Below, piece after piece: positions 39,131 to 53,200 of a stretch of 64,000 bases of DNA. Numbering within the stretch: position 1 is the first letter of the stretch; each line of letters starts with the position of its first letter. Under the pieces are notes generated by a model. The model saw only the letters and a list, made by a program, of their open reading frames with translations, did no database searches and was not told where the DNA came from. Origin of the DNA: Phoronis australis. Taxonomy: Eukaryota; Animalia; Phoronida. The position numbers and the translations under genes were made by a program. The stretch covers positions 147,570 to 211,569 of the forward strand of contig NMRA01000114.1 of the NCBI GenBank assembly GCA_002633005.1, in the 5' to 3' direction.

Positions 39131-40008
39131 CTTACTCATTAGATATAATTGACTGTTCTCATTTATGATATCATTTGCTCAGAATAAAATTCAACCCAAC
39201 AGCAGTCATAAAAGAAGACAGTAAATTGTCGCATTCACAGTTGTTAGTGAAGACGTTGACTTTTTTTAGACTCAGTTACGATTTCCACACGTTGGGTGCA
39301 GGAACAAATGTATTTAAAATTTAATAAAAAAGAGATTATTCTAAGCAGACAATATCAGACGTTTCAGATAAGGGATATCTAAAAGCTGGCATGTTAAAGT
39401 ATTTGTGGGACTCTCCCACGCGTGATTATAGAGCTCACATACTATAAACAAACAACTTCATTCACTATTAAACTATAAAGACAGCAATTGTACGTCAAAG
39501 AATTAAATCATTTGCTAGCAAAGTTGGTCGAAAGGATACAGGCTCTGTGACTTTAACTAAATAACGAACAACAAATAGTTTGTAAAACATAATTTTGCTT
39601 ACTTTTGCTTATTTTTACTTAAGGGCAAACAGTAGTTTCCAAACTACTGACTAGCTTAGAAATACAACATGTGGCATGGATGTAAAGATTTAGTTATCGT
39701 CAGCAATTTGCAACTAAGTATACTACACATAATTAGCTGGTAAAATTTAGATAATGGACAGTCATTAATTTATATATACAAATGTGTGAGTTAATTTATA
39801 CAAAATAACTGGCAAAACACAGGCTTTGTAACTTTTTCTAAATAACAGGCGATCAAAAAAGCACATCGAAACTTAGAAATACAACATGTTATCGCATGGA
39901 TATCGCAGCAAAGTTTCAGTTATCTTCGACAAAACACGCTAATTGCAACTAACTAAATAGTGGGCATGAATAAAATGCAAACAGTATTTATATGTTACAA
40001 CTAACCTT

Positions 40009-40253
40009 CCCAGTAAACATGCAGGTACTGGGCCAATACTGGCCCTGCACTGTCCTCTGTATTGGCCCAATGGTGTAGTCCAGTATTGACAGACTGTGTT
40101 GGCCCTGTACAGGGCTATTGATGGACTCATATTAAGCCAGTATACTAATTACAGCACCTAGGCGAAAGTGCAGTGGTGGGCCAGTACAGTGCCAATATTG
40201 AACCACTTGTGTTGCCTTTACAGGCTCGATGCAGGAATGTTAATGTTTGTGGG
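40009..40253. mobile_element. Small CCC...GGG MITE (EnSpm-type ends)
   Basis: CCCAGTAAACAT...ATGTTTGTGGG with internal palindromic tactggcc/ggccagta repeats. Confidence 0.55.
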
Positions 40254-43200
40254 TATAACGAAACAACAGGTTTGTTTTTTTTTTTCAATGCTTCAGGTTT
40301 TTAACTGTTGGAACGTTCACTTTGTTTGTCATTTCAATCCTATTGCCTTGTTAGTGGAGTGGCAGCTTCACACAGTCTCCGCCCTCCTTCCCTGTCTCCA
40401 GCGTTTCGGAACCTGGTGCCTGTCTCTTTTACTATAAAGCTTGCATTAGCATTGCTGTGTTCCTTGATCACAATCCCTGAAATAAAACAACGCCTGCTTA
40501 GTATCTTAGAGTACAAACTAACAGACTCCACTATACATTTTCTAGATAAGTTGTGCATAATAATATTTACCTAAAGACATTATACCATTCCAACACAAAA
40601 CTTATTTGAAATGTATAATCTGTAACATGTTTCATCCTTTGTTAAAACAGCTGGTCGAAAAAAACTAAGTTTTTGAAATAAATATATTCAGAAGCGACTT
40701 TTTACTCACTCGTTTCTTAACAAAATGCCTATTTCGTTACCATTTCAAGATTCCTAAAGAAATACTTCACAATCTGTTACAAAATTTCTCGTGAGCATCT
40801 ATTGATGGTTTTGCTCTGTGTTTACACGCAATTGACACTGATGAGGCCTTTTCAACTTCGTCCGCAAGCCTCAAGATGGCGCTGATCGGTTTAGCCATTT
40901 AAGGCTTTGTTATGGGAATTACTTTCTGCGCAGTGATTGACCTATGCCTTGACCTCATTGAACAAAGGCACATTGTAATGGTTTTCACATTGCAGCCATT
41001 CATGCGACAGAAGGCATTGTTTTAGTTATTGTCTGAAATAAAAGTTGTACTTATATCCTATTCTTATTCATGAATAGTATTAATCTGTTTTCGAATGAAA
41101 TCAAAATACATCAATTTTGCAATAATTTAGACAGAAACTGCTGCAATATACCGTTGGTTTTTATTTTTATATAAAACTGCAGAAAATTTCAAAATGACTT
41201 GTGATATTCCCGAAATTTCAGTAAAAATTCGAATAAATTTTATTTCCCATTACCAAGTCTGATCAGCACCATCTTGAGGATTGGAGACGAGGCTGAGTGC
41301 TGCTTATATTGTACGATGCTGCTCGTGCACAATGTTGTCAAAGAAGTAAACACAGCAACAAAACGGGGATTTTTTACGTTTCGTAAGATCACCAGTAGCC
41401 TGCATTGTTTTGGATTTTGATATTTGGACGTATGGAATTTCGTTGTGAAACAACTGAAATGGTAAAGAACATGTAAAATGGGTACAAAATAAATAGATCG
41501 AAGTTCATTGAAGTCTTTAAAGCCCCATAACACAGTTTCGGAAGTCGAATTCAAACTTAAGTAAAGCAACTTTACATGGTAGAAACGGTTTGCAGAAGTA
41601 AATTTTCAACTCACTTGATCCCTAGAAGAGCTACCTAAACTCTGTGTACTAAACTTGTGTTATAGAGAAAGCCCTTAAAAGTTACGCAAATAAACAAAAA
41701 TTTCAATCAAAGAGGAACTCCCTCTAGGTAAAGGCACACACCTTTAGAACCGTTAGGGTCTGTGTCTCTCCTTCGTAATGTTCTCAACTTTTCTATACTA
41801 GCAGGTGTTTCATAAAAACTGATGCTCAGCACCAACTATCAATTGCTTACCAAGAAGTATTCTTTCGTTACCATGCTTAAAAAAGCCAAGTAGTCATTCT
41901 GGCGCAAAACTGACAAATATGAACCAGACACTTCAATTTATCTTTCGTCGATGACCACTGACGTCACTCACGAAGCTACTTAATACCAAATAAAGGTTGG
42001 ACTACAAATTGGTTTGCTCAGAATTTTTTCAATTGTGCATGGAACTTTAAAAAATCAGCACCACACAAATTTTTGAATACTTCTTTCACTTTATCATATT
42101 AAACTGCCTTAAGTGGTGCTTTGCAAGCAAAAATGTTGAAACCCATGAAGAATATTTATTGACGTTCATGGCAGATGACCTTCGTACACATCCAGATTTT
42201 TCATATACAGTACTGAAGCAATTCCGAAGCTCTGTTTTAGCCCGCCCACGAAAGCTATTTGAGGTTCCTTTACAGAATTTAATTTCGGTATGAATCTATG
42301 GAAACTCTGGGTTTGTAAAATAACCTTGCTTAAAACTGAAGAATCACTAAGTTAGGATTACTGCGAAAACCGGCAATGGCCGATAGCTAATGTTGTACAA
42401 TTAAATGCATGGTCTGGCATAAGAAATCTCCACCAAAGCCAAGTGTTTGTTGCGCTTTAAACAAGAATAGTCCACAAATAAATTCAAGATTTAAATTTTA
42501 AGTTATAGTAAGTGATAAAATGAGCTATAAGCTGAAGTAAATTACACGTAAATAGAAGTCCATATTGCAGACGAATTTCTTGATTTTGACACAGGAGTTG
42601 CTTGCACAAACTCAAAAATTGTTTAATCTTTGATATAAATAAGTAAATAAAACACCAAGAATGGATCAACTGAAATTTTCGGATATAATAATGTCCGTTG
42701 TCAACAGAAACAGAAATATAGTATAATCAAACACTTTAGCTTTGACAAGCGTACAAGTTAAAGCACAAGTAAAATCCGTCATAATAACAATTTAGCCTCC
42801 TTTAAATAAGACTTTTGTGTTTCCATTGGAAATTCTATAACCAATTAACCTTCACAACTTGGACAATTCAATGGGATCAAGGAAAGAAGGCTTCTGATCT
42901 TTATGCAGGGATATTCCTGAATGAGCATTTCTGAAATTAGTGTATACAAAAAGGGCAAAAGTACATAGCAGTAGTTCCGCCCCCAGGCGCATCTTTTAGA
43001 ACGAACTCTTCCAAAAATCCAAGATTCTATTAGTTAACTTACAGCTGTACAACTTACGGGTAATATATAGGCATAAGCGAAAAGGACGTTAACATTATCC
43101 AATATTTGATCGTACATTACCATTCCTGTTTACAACTTTTACAAGAGCATGACGGTGTTCTAATTTTCAATGCCATTCAGGTTTCTGTTTCATATGTTAC

Positions 43201-43479
43201 CACTTAATTACACCAAGTCTGCCTGACACAACTTTTTGAAAAAAAAAACTTTTTATCATCAGAGGCACCCAACGGGTACGGGGTCCAATGTGGTCAGGAA
43301 TATGCCTGTTTATGTAATACTATTCGGAGGGAGGTGCACACAGATTTTAATTAGACTTAGAACAGTTGAAATTGGGAACCTATGTTGGCAAAGTTTTAGT
43401 GGCCAACATTTATTTTTGTACGGTTAAAACTTATGGGTCACCGGGAAATTTTTGGCCGTGTTGTAAACCACAGGCATCC

Positions 43480-44200
43480 TCAACTTCTGATCATCCTCCA
43501 CAAGCCATGGCGATCGGAACTCAGAATTCCAGGAGTGCTTCACTTTACACAAAAATCTTCCCAAAAGCTGATATTAGACTTTTTACTAGTATTATAGTGT
43601 ATTAGGGACGATCAGACTCAGAGGCTGAGGATGTCTGTGGTATGGCTCAGAGACGTCCTCAGCGGCTTCTGACCCTACCTATTACATTATTAATATATAC
43701 CACAAGATATGACACCCCTGACTAAAAATTTCATGGGTGCTTCACTAATTCACTACAGGCGTCCATATCAAACGCAAAACTCAATAAATTTACATAAACA
43801 GGGGTTCAGCAAACCATGAGCAAATGGGCTTTTGTACTTCTTTCTGATAACATTGATAGTGCCTTGCTCTGGACAGCGAGTGCGCAAAACATTCGCGGTC
43901 AAAGCACAAAATTCTGTCCGGAAACCAGATGCTTACTATCAATGTGCCTCACGTGAGTCGATACTGAATTATCCGTATTTCGTATGGATTGCACTTGCCG
44001 ATTTATCACGTAAGTTTCAGAATGGTCTGGATAAGTGTGGAGTTCGTGACAGTCCAAAATGAATCCGCAATTTCCATGCAGCACATTGATAGTACGCATC
44101 AGCTTTTTGGGAACATTTTTTAGCTTTGATCGCGGACTTCTTGCGAACTTGATGTAGCAGAGCTACGTAAATGCTAGACAATTGCACATACCCACAAAAA
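43480..44200. repeat. Repeat with internal inverted arms, related copy at 50385-50870
   Basis: gtgcttcact..gtccatatcaaacgcaa and aatggtctgg(a/c)taagtgtggagtt are shared. The arms 43850-43950 and 44070-44170 are reverse-complementary. Confidence 0.7.
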
Positions 44201-44663
44201 GTTACGAATTTCAAAATACAGCAAATAAAATCAAACGAGACATGCACATATACACATGGAGTTATAATTAAGTCTGGAGACTATTAATTTTATTATATTA
44301 TTTTTTTATAATATTTATTACGAAATCTTCGATACAATGAATATACATAACCCAGAAAACGCCAAGAGGCATTATATCTTGACGATTAGGTCAAGACAAT
44401 TTGAATGAATCGATGAAAATCTGTCGTGGTGTGCTCGAGTTTCGCTTGCCAGGTGCCATTTTGAGGGAGTTAAATGAAATCACGCATGTTGACGAATAAA
44501 ATGTCCAAAGGACAAAAATTACAAATTTTACCTGATACCTTCTCATGCTATTGTGTAAGTGTGACGTGTCATCCTCACGCGCTTCACTCAGTCTCGCGCT
44601 AGCCTGACTCACGTGTCTCAGTTGAAATACTTAGTGGTTATCGCGCAAGTGGTTAAAATTTTA

Positions 44664-46691
44664 AGGAGAATGCCACTCAAAACAGTCAAATTTTGCGTAC
44701 TTCCACATCAAGATTACTGTGACAAAATCTAACAATTGGCAAACGCTGGCATTCTTCTTCAATTAGAAAGACTGCAATACCAAGCAGCTTTAGCAATAAC
44801 AGTGGCATACAAAGGGTCCAACACAATCAAGGTTCTAAATAGTCTCAACTGGAGCAAACAAGCAACCCGTCGTAAAATCCACCTGTACATGTATACATTC
44901 AAAGTCTTAACCAACATAATTAATTTTTCTAACAAAATCCTCTTTGACTCCTACAAAAGACCAAACACGAAACCAGGACTATGGCAAAGCAATATGCACA
45001 CTATTCCATCTTCCCTCAGCCAAACCTTCAGGAGATCAACCATATTAGCTAGTACTGACAACTGGAATTCCTTATCATCCAAAATAAAAGAAAGCACTTC
45101 AATCGTCATTTTCAAAAATAACTTTACACGGCATACCACTACTCAAGACTTGCCAGTCCCATTGGCATCATTCCAACTTCCTCACAACCATGAAAAACCC
45201 TTATACAGATCTCAAGATGCGGTCTATTCCTAAGCAACGAGAAAAATAGACATAATTTTAATAATATTTCGCTTCTGTATTCCTGTGGAGACAGCCAGAC
45301 AAATGCTCATATTTTCTTTCCTTGTGAGGTATGCAAGGAGTAGAGGGTACAGGTTTTCCAAATACTCGAACAATACCCCAATGTTTACAAAAAATATTCT
45401 GAAATTCCACAATTGAGTAACAAAATTAATGTTTTTTCTACGTTTATATGGAGAGAACTCAACCCAAATGAAAATAAGGTGTTATTCAAAATAGTATCAA
45501 AATTTCTTTATAATATTAAATCTCTTTGTTTGAGTAAATAGAATTGTATGCATGTCTTTGAAAATGCATTATTTACATTCGTAATCATATATCATTGTAA
45601 TTCTTACATCATTTTTTTAACTTATGTATTCGTGTATAATAATTGTATATAGACTTCTTTGTAATTTCCTCCCAGATGTAATCCCTCGTTGCGCTTTCTG
45701 GGTTATGTATATTCATTGCATTCTGAAGATTTCGTAATAAACATTAATAAAAAAACTGCAAATCTACTTATATGTCGGGGGCCGCGAATTCAAGTTGCCC
45801 TTTTACAGAACCGTCAGGGCGGAAATTGCACCCGATGTGAATAATGAATTTGTATATTTAAATAAAAATTCCCCCTAACATGTGACAATAGCTTTTAAAA
45901 TCGAGTTATTGTTTCACACCAGCTTTTCTGTCAGCAAACACTGAAATAGCATGCCCTCAAATGGACTCGGTGCCCGGTCAATTACCTTTCTTGCATCTGA
46001 AACCGGTAACGCAGTGCTTTATTCATTGCTGGCTTCTCAAAACATTTGCTCTCAAGAATACTCTATAGGCATTACAAATTGCATCTAATGAGACAGACTT
46101 TGTTTTAGATCTATACAAGCATAGGTTAGAGTGAGAATAGTACATTTTGAAACATAACGCAGAATAATTAACAAACGTCAACTCGCAATCCCGACTAAGA
46201 CGAGAGCTCATCCAACGAAGTCTTCGCAGGTGGATCGTTAAGTTTCTAAGGCTTTCAGTTCGAACCGGAATACAGTGATCAACAAATACTAGAGAGGCGC
46301 CGTGCCGGCATTCGTCAGACTCGCTGTCGACGACTGCCGGCCCCAGACATGGAGATGCTTTACGGCCTCATACATGCTATTAACAGCGTTCTTTTCATTC
46401 TTCACTACCGCGAGCCACTTCCTGAGCATTCCGCACTCTCGAGGAAGTCGAAAAAGAGATATACTCGCTTTCATCGCAGCTTCATAGCTCGCACAAACGG
46501 GAACGACGCACCGCAGCATAGCGGCATTCACTCTGCAAATGAACCACTGACGTCGCTGCATCGTTTCTCACTTTCCTCACAGGCTGAAGCGACACCGCTC
46601 GGCAAGGTAAGATCGACCGTATGCGAAGTGATGTGGATATAGACCGATTAAGACGGTAAAAAAGACTAATTAAATCGGGTGACATTCTATT
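44664..46691 (-). mobile_element. Second Kolobok-like THAP element, interrupted or partly replaced by a LINE fragment
   Basis: Left end ttaaGGAGAATGCCA and right end TGACATTCTATT-TTAA. 45770-46690 aligns with 36040-37028. THAP relic MLRCVVPVCASY..ISLFRLPRECGMLRKWL. Confidence 0.8.
44736..45755 (+). mobile_element. 5'-truncated CR1/L2-like LINE (ORF2 C-terminus plus 3'UTR)
   Basis: LERLQYQAALAITVAYKGSNTIKVLNSLNW..RRKIH..WNSLSSKIKESTSIVIFK and an A-rich tail. The 3' end also appears inverted at 44310-44380, with a related piece at about 8490-8570. Confidence 0.85.
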
Positions 46692-46742
46692 TTAACAATG
46701 ACCAAAAAGTGGAGATGGAATTCTTCTCTAAAGTCACTTTAA

Positions 46743-49700
46743 GAGACAGTCCATATAAAAACCAGTAGATTTTCAAAAATCAGTCTATACGTCAAAATTT
46801 AAAACAACTTCATTTTTTCTACATGGGTAGGTATCCTAACAAAAACCCAAATGCCAAATTTTGTGCACTCAATGACCCCTAAATTCGCCGCTGGAGCATG
46901 ATAACATAAATTGGCACAATTGGGCATATTAGCCGTCTCAAAAATCGCATGTTTTCAGCAACAAAAATGAGTAACATACAAAATAGATCGAAAGCTATAT
47001 TTTAGTGGCTGAAATAACCAACGTATACTGTACATAATTCTGTGCCATTTTTTGAAATCTGACAGTTTTGTGCTAGACAGGGGAGATAATCCACAGACCA
47101 CTTTTTGGGGCTAATTTTAGTGGCCATTTTTGTGACCTTCTTACTGCCATAAAACACCTTGTAGCCTTATGTGACGTTTTGAACGTACAGTTAAAGAGTT
47201 AGTCTTGATGACTGAGCAATAAAAAATCTTGCCTCAACTTTGCACCTTAGTGAAAATTGTCTTGCAAAACTGTCTATTTTCATAGTTTGGAAATGACGAG
47301 CAGACTTTACAGACCATTTGAACAAACTTTTAGGCAAGAAGTCTGCTTTAAATAGTTATAGAAACCAAGTCTAAACTCTTTCAAATGAAAACAAGATGTT
47401 TTCCGGGTTTATTACGCGACCACTATCAAACCTGAACCCGAAGACCTTTGCCCACTGAGGGAGTCAGTTGAGGTTAAGCTTGAGGATATATAAAAAATGT
47501 ACGTGTAACCCTCTTGTATTCTTTCATTTCTTTTACATTATCAGGTTAATTTAAACACTCTGTAGAAATTTTAAATGGAAATAAATGCCTTTAAGATTAA
47601 ACGAGAATGAATTGATAGTTGTAATGACTGGTTTTGAGAGAAGCAAGTGCATTTTAAAAAGACAAAATGGCGGACGATGTCGATGGGCCTTCATGTTCCT
47701 TTAGAGTTTATTCTGCAAAAAATCCGATCACAAAAGCTTTGTGCTTTAGTGAGTTATGTCAAAGACACCACTGAACATTTGAGATACAGGAAACTACCTC
47801 ACAAAGCAAGGCCTGTGCCAGAGTACGCACTCGTACTACCCAGAGTCGGTGAATTTCTGACTGAACAGGACCAGTCATGGAAGAGTCAGGTAATGCTGGA
47901 TGTTACCACTCTGCTCCTCTCCTCCTGAACGTAGCAGCCTTGTCAAATTCTACCGGCATTTCTGTTTCGAGATATGACTTTAGTGAAAGTCAGAATGGAA
48001 AGGATCTCTGTGATCGCAAGATCGCTCCACTCAAACAACATGCAAAGTACTTTGTAGCCGAAGGTAAAAATATCATAAAGTTTCTGGATTTTAAAGAAGC
48101 ATTACTTTCCAGTGGCCATGTGAAGGGATGTTATGTGTCTGCATGTTCAGTCAATGCAACAAAGTCTTTTCCAAAATACCCAGTTCCTGGTATAAGCACA
48201 TTCCCAAATTCCCACTATTCCACCCAAGGAATTCGCGTGTGGAAATCATTCCATGTAGGTGACGGTAAGTTCGTACAAATACTGACAAAATGGGAAACCT
48301 ATTTCTCTAAAATACACTAACATCTCTAGACATGGCGGAGTTTCAACACCAAGAGTTAAGGTTGGCATTGTATCTAGTGAAGAGCCTCAACAAAGTTCCC
48401 TTGTACCCAGCAAGGTTACTCGAAATTTTTTGCTACAGACGCAGAACTAGGTCAGCATTTGGATGTGGGTAACTACACTGAACATTTTACAGAGGGAAAC
48501 CACGTATGACCACATCGCACGACAGTGGTCAGAAATGCAAGAACCGGAGCGTCATTTGAGGCAGCCTCAGAGTACTATTTTAATGAGACGAATGCTGAAG
48601 CAATAGGTTAGGCATTGAAAAAAAGAAAAGTGTCAACAAGATTTTCATCAAAGGTTAAAAACTTTCTGACGAACATATTCGATGAAGGAGATAAGTCAGG
48701 TAAAAACGTTCACCCTCGGAAGAGCCAAAATGGAGAAAACATTACGAGAACCCACTGGTAAAGTATTTACCTGTGATATTAAGTGAATCGCATATTGGTG
48801 GATTTTTTCGAGGTTGTCTGCAGCAATGTTTATGACGATGCAATTTCTGCTGAAGATGCTGTTATATCGTATTTACTGAATGAAGTGGTAAATGAGCTCA
48901 ACGTTTAGCCTAGTTTTGTAGCATACCAGTCAAAGGTGTGTGATACATGAAGTCGAGACCGTTACTTCTGTTTACTTCATGTCTGTCATGAATGAGTCAT
49001 TAATAAAATTGTCTCTCGTGAATTATATTCTATTGACTGTGAATGTGTACCTTTTTATACCACTGATGATCACACTGACAGAAATATTCAGCGTTAGGGT
49101 GCCCGGTGTGTGGAGGGAACACCAGATTACTGGCGACTGGTGGCGACTAAAATTTGTAGCAACCAGCAGGGACATTACAATATGAACCCAAAGTTACAAT
49201 GACTATTGACAAGTTGAAGGATTTTTTGCACTGAACACTAGGGGGCCATATCCACCTTGGGTGCCTTCCTTTGCTTGTGGCACCAACAAGGCAAATAGAA
49301 AACAAGGCAGGGGTGAGTTCAGTAACACTAGAACCTCTATAAAATTTATCCAAAACCAAGTGTTCTCATTTAAAATGCAGGGCTATATCTCGCGAAGTCT
49401 TGAATTATAGCAAGGTCCTCGTGTTAACTGCTCTTATTCTAGATGCGTCTTCAGTCTCTACGTAAACAAAAGCAGCGCCATCTACTCATTTAGAACCACG
49501 CATGCCAGTTGATTTACGTTACATATTTTTTGTAATAAGCAATAATCATCAATGCCGTTTTCAGAGAATGGTAATTAATAATGCTGTCTGCCTTTTCTCC
49601 AAAATACAAGGTTTTTATGTCGTGTTTCGCAAGCTAATTATATGTTCCAAGAGCCCCCTATTGGCAGCAGAGGCAACTGAGAACATGCAAAAGGACGAAG

Positions 49701-50223
49701 TGCAGTTCGTGTAATGTTTCGTACGCATAAACTACATTAGAGGCAAGATTTTTTATTTTAGATTATGAACAGGTTAGGAATGACTAAACAAATTATTATA
49801 AAGTCAATTTCAGGAAAGGTGCGTTATGGCTTCTACAGAGTGCCAAATTTGGCCGAAAATGGCTTCAGTGAAAACCTGAAAAATAGCCGTTTTTGCCTCA
49901 CAAATTCATAACGTACAAATTTAAAAATGGATTTTGAAAGTTATACCATTAAATTATTCAGCCACTGCGCTTTCAATTCGTATTATTCATTTGTTTTGAC
50001 CTTACCACACATGCTAGTAAAATGCATTCAAACATGCCTACTTCGACGCCCAATTTTGTTGCAAAATGGAGGTACAGGTCATAAAAAGAAAAATAATGAA
50101 TGAAAATTCTTAAAAAGTGAGCTTTTTCTACATCTCAACAAACCAAACTCATGTGCTAAGTTTCAAAAAAATCGGTGATTTTGGGTATAGACTCTACCTG
50201 TTGGTTTTTATATGGAGTCACTC
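46743..50223 (+). mobile_element. Sola3-like DNA transposon with a decayed transposase
   Basis: TTAA-GAGACAGTCCATATAAAAACCA ... TGGTTTTTATATGGAGTCACTC-TTAA has GAG..CTC termini and a TTAA TSD, as described for Sola3. The internal ORF 47877-48320 has SGNAGCYH...YDFSESQNGKDLCDRK. Confidence 0.8.
47877..48900 (+). pseudogene. Transposase relic of the Sola3-like element
   Basis: 147-aa ORF followed by frameshifted coding-like sequence (GCP/C2H2-like segment, ALKKRKVSTRFSSKVKNFLTNIFDEGDKSGK). G occupies the position of the expected catalytic D in SDNAGCYH. Confidence 0.7.
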
Positions 50224-53200
50224 TTAATTTTCATAACTAAGCTTCATCGAAGACATGTGTAGAAATAGAAAGGACCATTGAAGAAAGTAAGCACTTTTAA
50301 GTCATAACTTTAAGTGTGGAATGAATTTTTGACGAGGTGAAAACTCTTAAGTCGGTGACCGGACATGGCCTACCGCCTGTTAAAAACACAGGCGTCCTCA
50401 GCCTGTGACCGTCCCCAATACACTGTATAGAATACTACAAGAACTAGAAATTCCACGGGTGCTTCACTTCAGCCGTCCATATCAAACGCAATTTACACAA
50501 AACAGAGAATTGCTCTTTCTTCGAATACTATTTACAGTGTCCTGTTCCACTGAACAAATTCGAGGTCAAGGCACAAAAATCTTCTCAAAAGGTCGCTGCG
50601 TACTAACTTCACGTGATTCATATCAAGGTCAAGTAGGGTACGGAATAATCCGATGAGTTACAAATCGACGGCAATAGCCTGTTCATCACGCAGAACGTTA
50701 CTAAATGGTCTGGCTAAGTGTGGAGTTATTGATGTCGTGACCTTCCGTGACAAACCGCCAATTTCCGTGTGGCATACTGTATTGCAAGTACGCAGCGACT
50801 TTTTGGGAAGGTTTTTGTGCATTGACCTCGAATTTGTTGCGAACTCGGTGTAGCAGGACACTGCAAATGGTATTGGGAGAAAGAGGAATAAACTGTAAAT
50901 GTGCTTAAATTTTCGTTTCATCACGTGACGGTATCCAGTCACAGTGATCTCAACATGTTACCACGTGCGGTATTTTCAGGGTTTAGGTCAATGATTTATT
51001 TTTCGATCTCGGACATCAAAAGCAATGCCAAGCGACAATTCATCCTTTTGATAACTGAGCTTCATCAGCTCTTCTACTCGTAAATTGTCTTTCTATAGAT
51101 TTTTTTAGTGGACTCACAAAATGTCGATTTTCCATAAATTATTTGAAAAATCTAACGCGTCGACTTGTGGTCGAGCCAGTCTCGCAAACTGATGACTGAA
51201 GTAAACTCTACGGCCATTCTCTGAAATTTTGTTACTGGCAGAGGCACAGCTTAATAATAGGCCTTTTATTATAATGGCGAGAGGCCAAAGCAAATCTATC
51301 TAAGCACACGACTACTAGGCAGAAGTTCAAGCACATGTTGTGGACAACGAGAACGCGTCATACGTAGGCAGTGTATGCCGTATACTGACAGGAGAAGCGT
51401 GCATACAATATCAAGAGTGTATTTTTGTTACCCGTATCCATGTTAAAGACGGGGTAACTGCATGGGAGTCATGAGAAAACTCCAACGCTAACAGTTGGGC
51501 TTTTTGTTAATCCCAACGCCTAAGCGAGTCTAAGACAGACTATGGATAACCCTAGCTAAGCGATTCACAAATTAATGCTCGTGGCTTAGCCGGGATGCTG
51601 AAGAAAACCTTGTCGTTAATTTCTCTACAGATGCATCGGTTATAAAAATTCAGAGACGGTTGTTGTTTACTTTTCATTTTTAGAAGCTTTCTTTGTCATG
51701 TTTTGCAGGTGTCAACTTCAACAGCACTGACTTTGGACCTCTGGAGCTCTTCCCATAGAAAGGGTGCACGAGACATGTCGTTCAGTGGAGGACTTTTTCA
51801 GTTCGTAACAACTTTCTTTGCGAAAGAGCTTCCTTCATAAACAATCAATATGGGAGCTCAAAGAAGTCCAAAAGGTTTCTTTTTTCAACAGCACTGATCT
51901 ACACTAAGGGTTTTGTAATTTTTAAAACATTACGGTGTTTTCCCGTTGCTCCCAACTTGTTCTATTCTATAGTCCAACAACGAGTTGGGAAGATCACCCA
52001 TGTAGCCAATATCTTACACGACTGATAAACACCACTCAGGCAATCATGGTTCGATGGCCGGCTCTATTTTGTTCGATAATTGCTCTAATCTCCGGTCAGA
52101 TCGTATCAGCCTGACTGGGCTGTGCTGCTAAAAATGAAAGCTGAGTTATAACATATTTGAACATAAACCACTAGTATTTCTGAATTCCTTGTCCAATGCT
52201 GATCATATTTAGTTTTTGAATCACCCCAATTAGCCCAACAACAACAGAAGTTAAGACAATCTACATGTATTCTGCCAGGTTTCAGTAACCAGTAAAGTCT
52301 GGGAGATAATTGCCCTGCTTGTTGTCATAAGGGACAAAAGACTGAGCTGGGCAGTAAACAAAGGAGTCAGATGTTATCAGAACCCCTTACGTCTGGAAAA
52401 GTTGCTGAACGACAGAATGCCGTCATGACTACTTATTTTTCTCAACTTTGGTTGCAAAAGCTATACTCGTAAAACACGGCACCTCTCCTCGTACAGTTTT
52501 AAGCTAATGGATTAAACATTTATCTGTCAAAAATCATACGTACGAACGAGTTAGGTTTAAAGAATTAACCCTCCACAAAGGATTAAGTTTCAGGAACAAA
52601 CCTCTACGAAATGACGACTTATCCATGGAAAGGCCCTACAAATGGGTCCCTCTTTTTCGAATCTACACTCTAATTATGTGGGTGTGCTAATGTCAAAATA
52701 TATATCGATTAAATAATTAGTAAGGATATATCCATTTTAAGTTGCCCAAACTGAAAACATGTAATTTTAAGTCATGAGGTCAAACTTGTTTTCATGTATT
52801 TTAACACCAGAATCTATTTTTAGATGATGTTTACTACTTTGGTTTAGGGGTCATAGGCGGTGGGCCAGATCTCACGGCATTCATTCTTGTGAGTACTTTG
52901 GGGGCAACCTAGTTCTTTTTCTACACTTATAAATCAAATTCCAAAAAGTTCCCACGTTTACACTTGCACATTTTTTTATAAAAGGCGTTTTGGTTGCAAT
53001 GAATACTGTGCACATTTCTGCCACTTGGTGGCGCTTTTCTATTAAATTGACCAATCAGAGAGCCAGATTGTATTGTTGTACTTAGTAACTTCAATATGCC
53101 AGGTCCCATAGAGTCTGATGCCTTTATAATTCAAGTTTTGTCAAATAGCACTTAATTACGATAACCAGAACTTGAAGAATTATAGAGAAGCATCCTGCCG

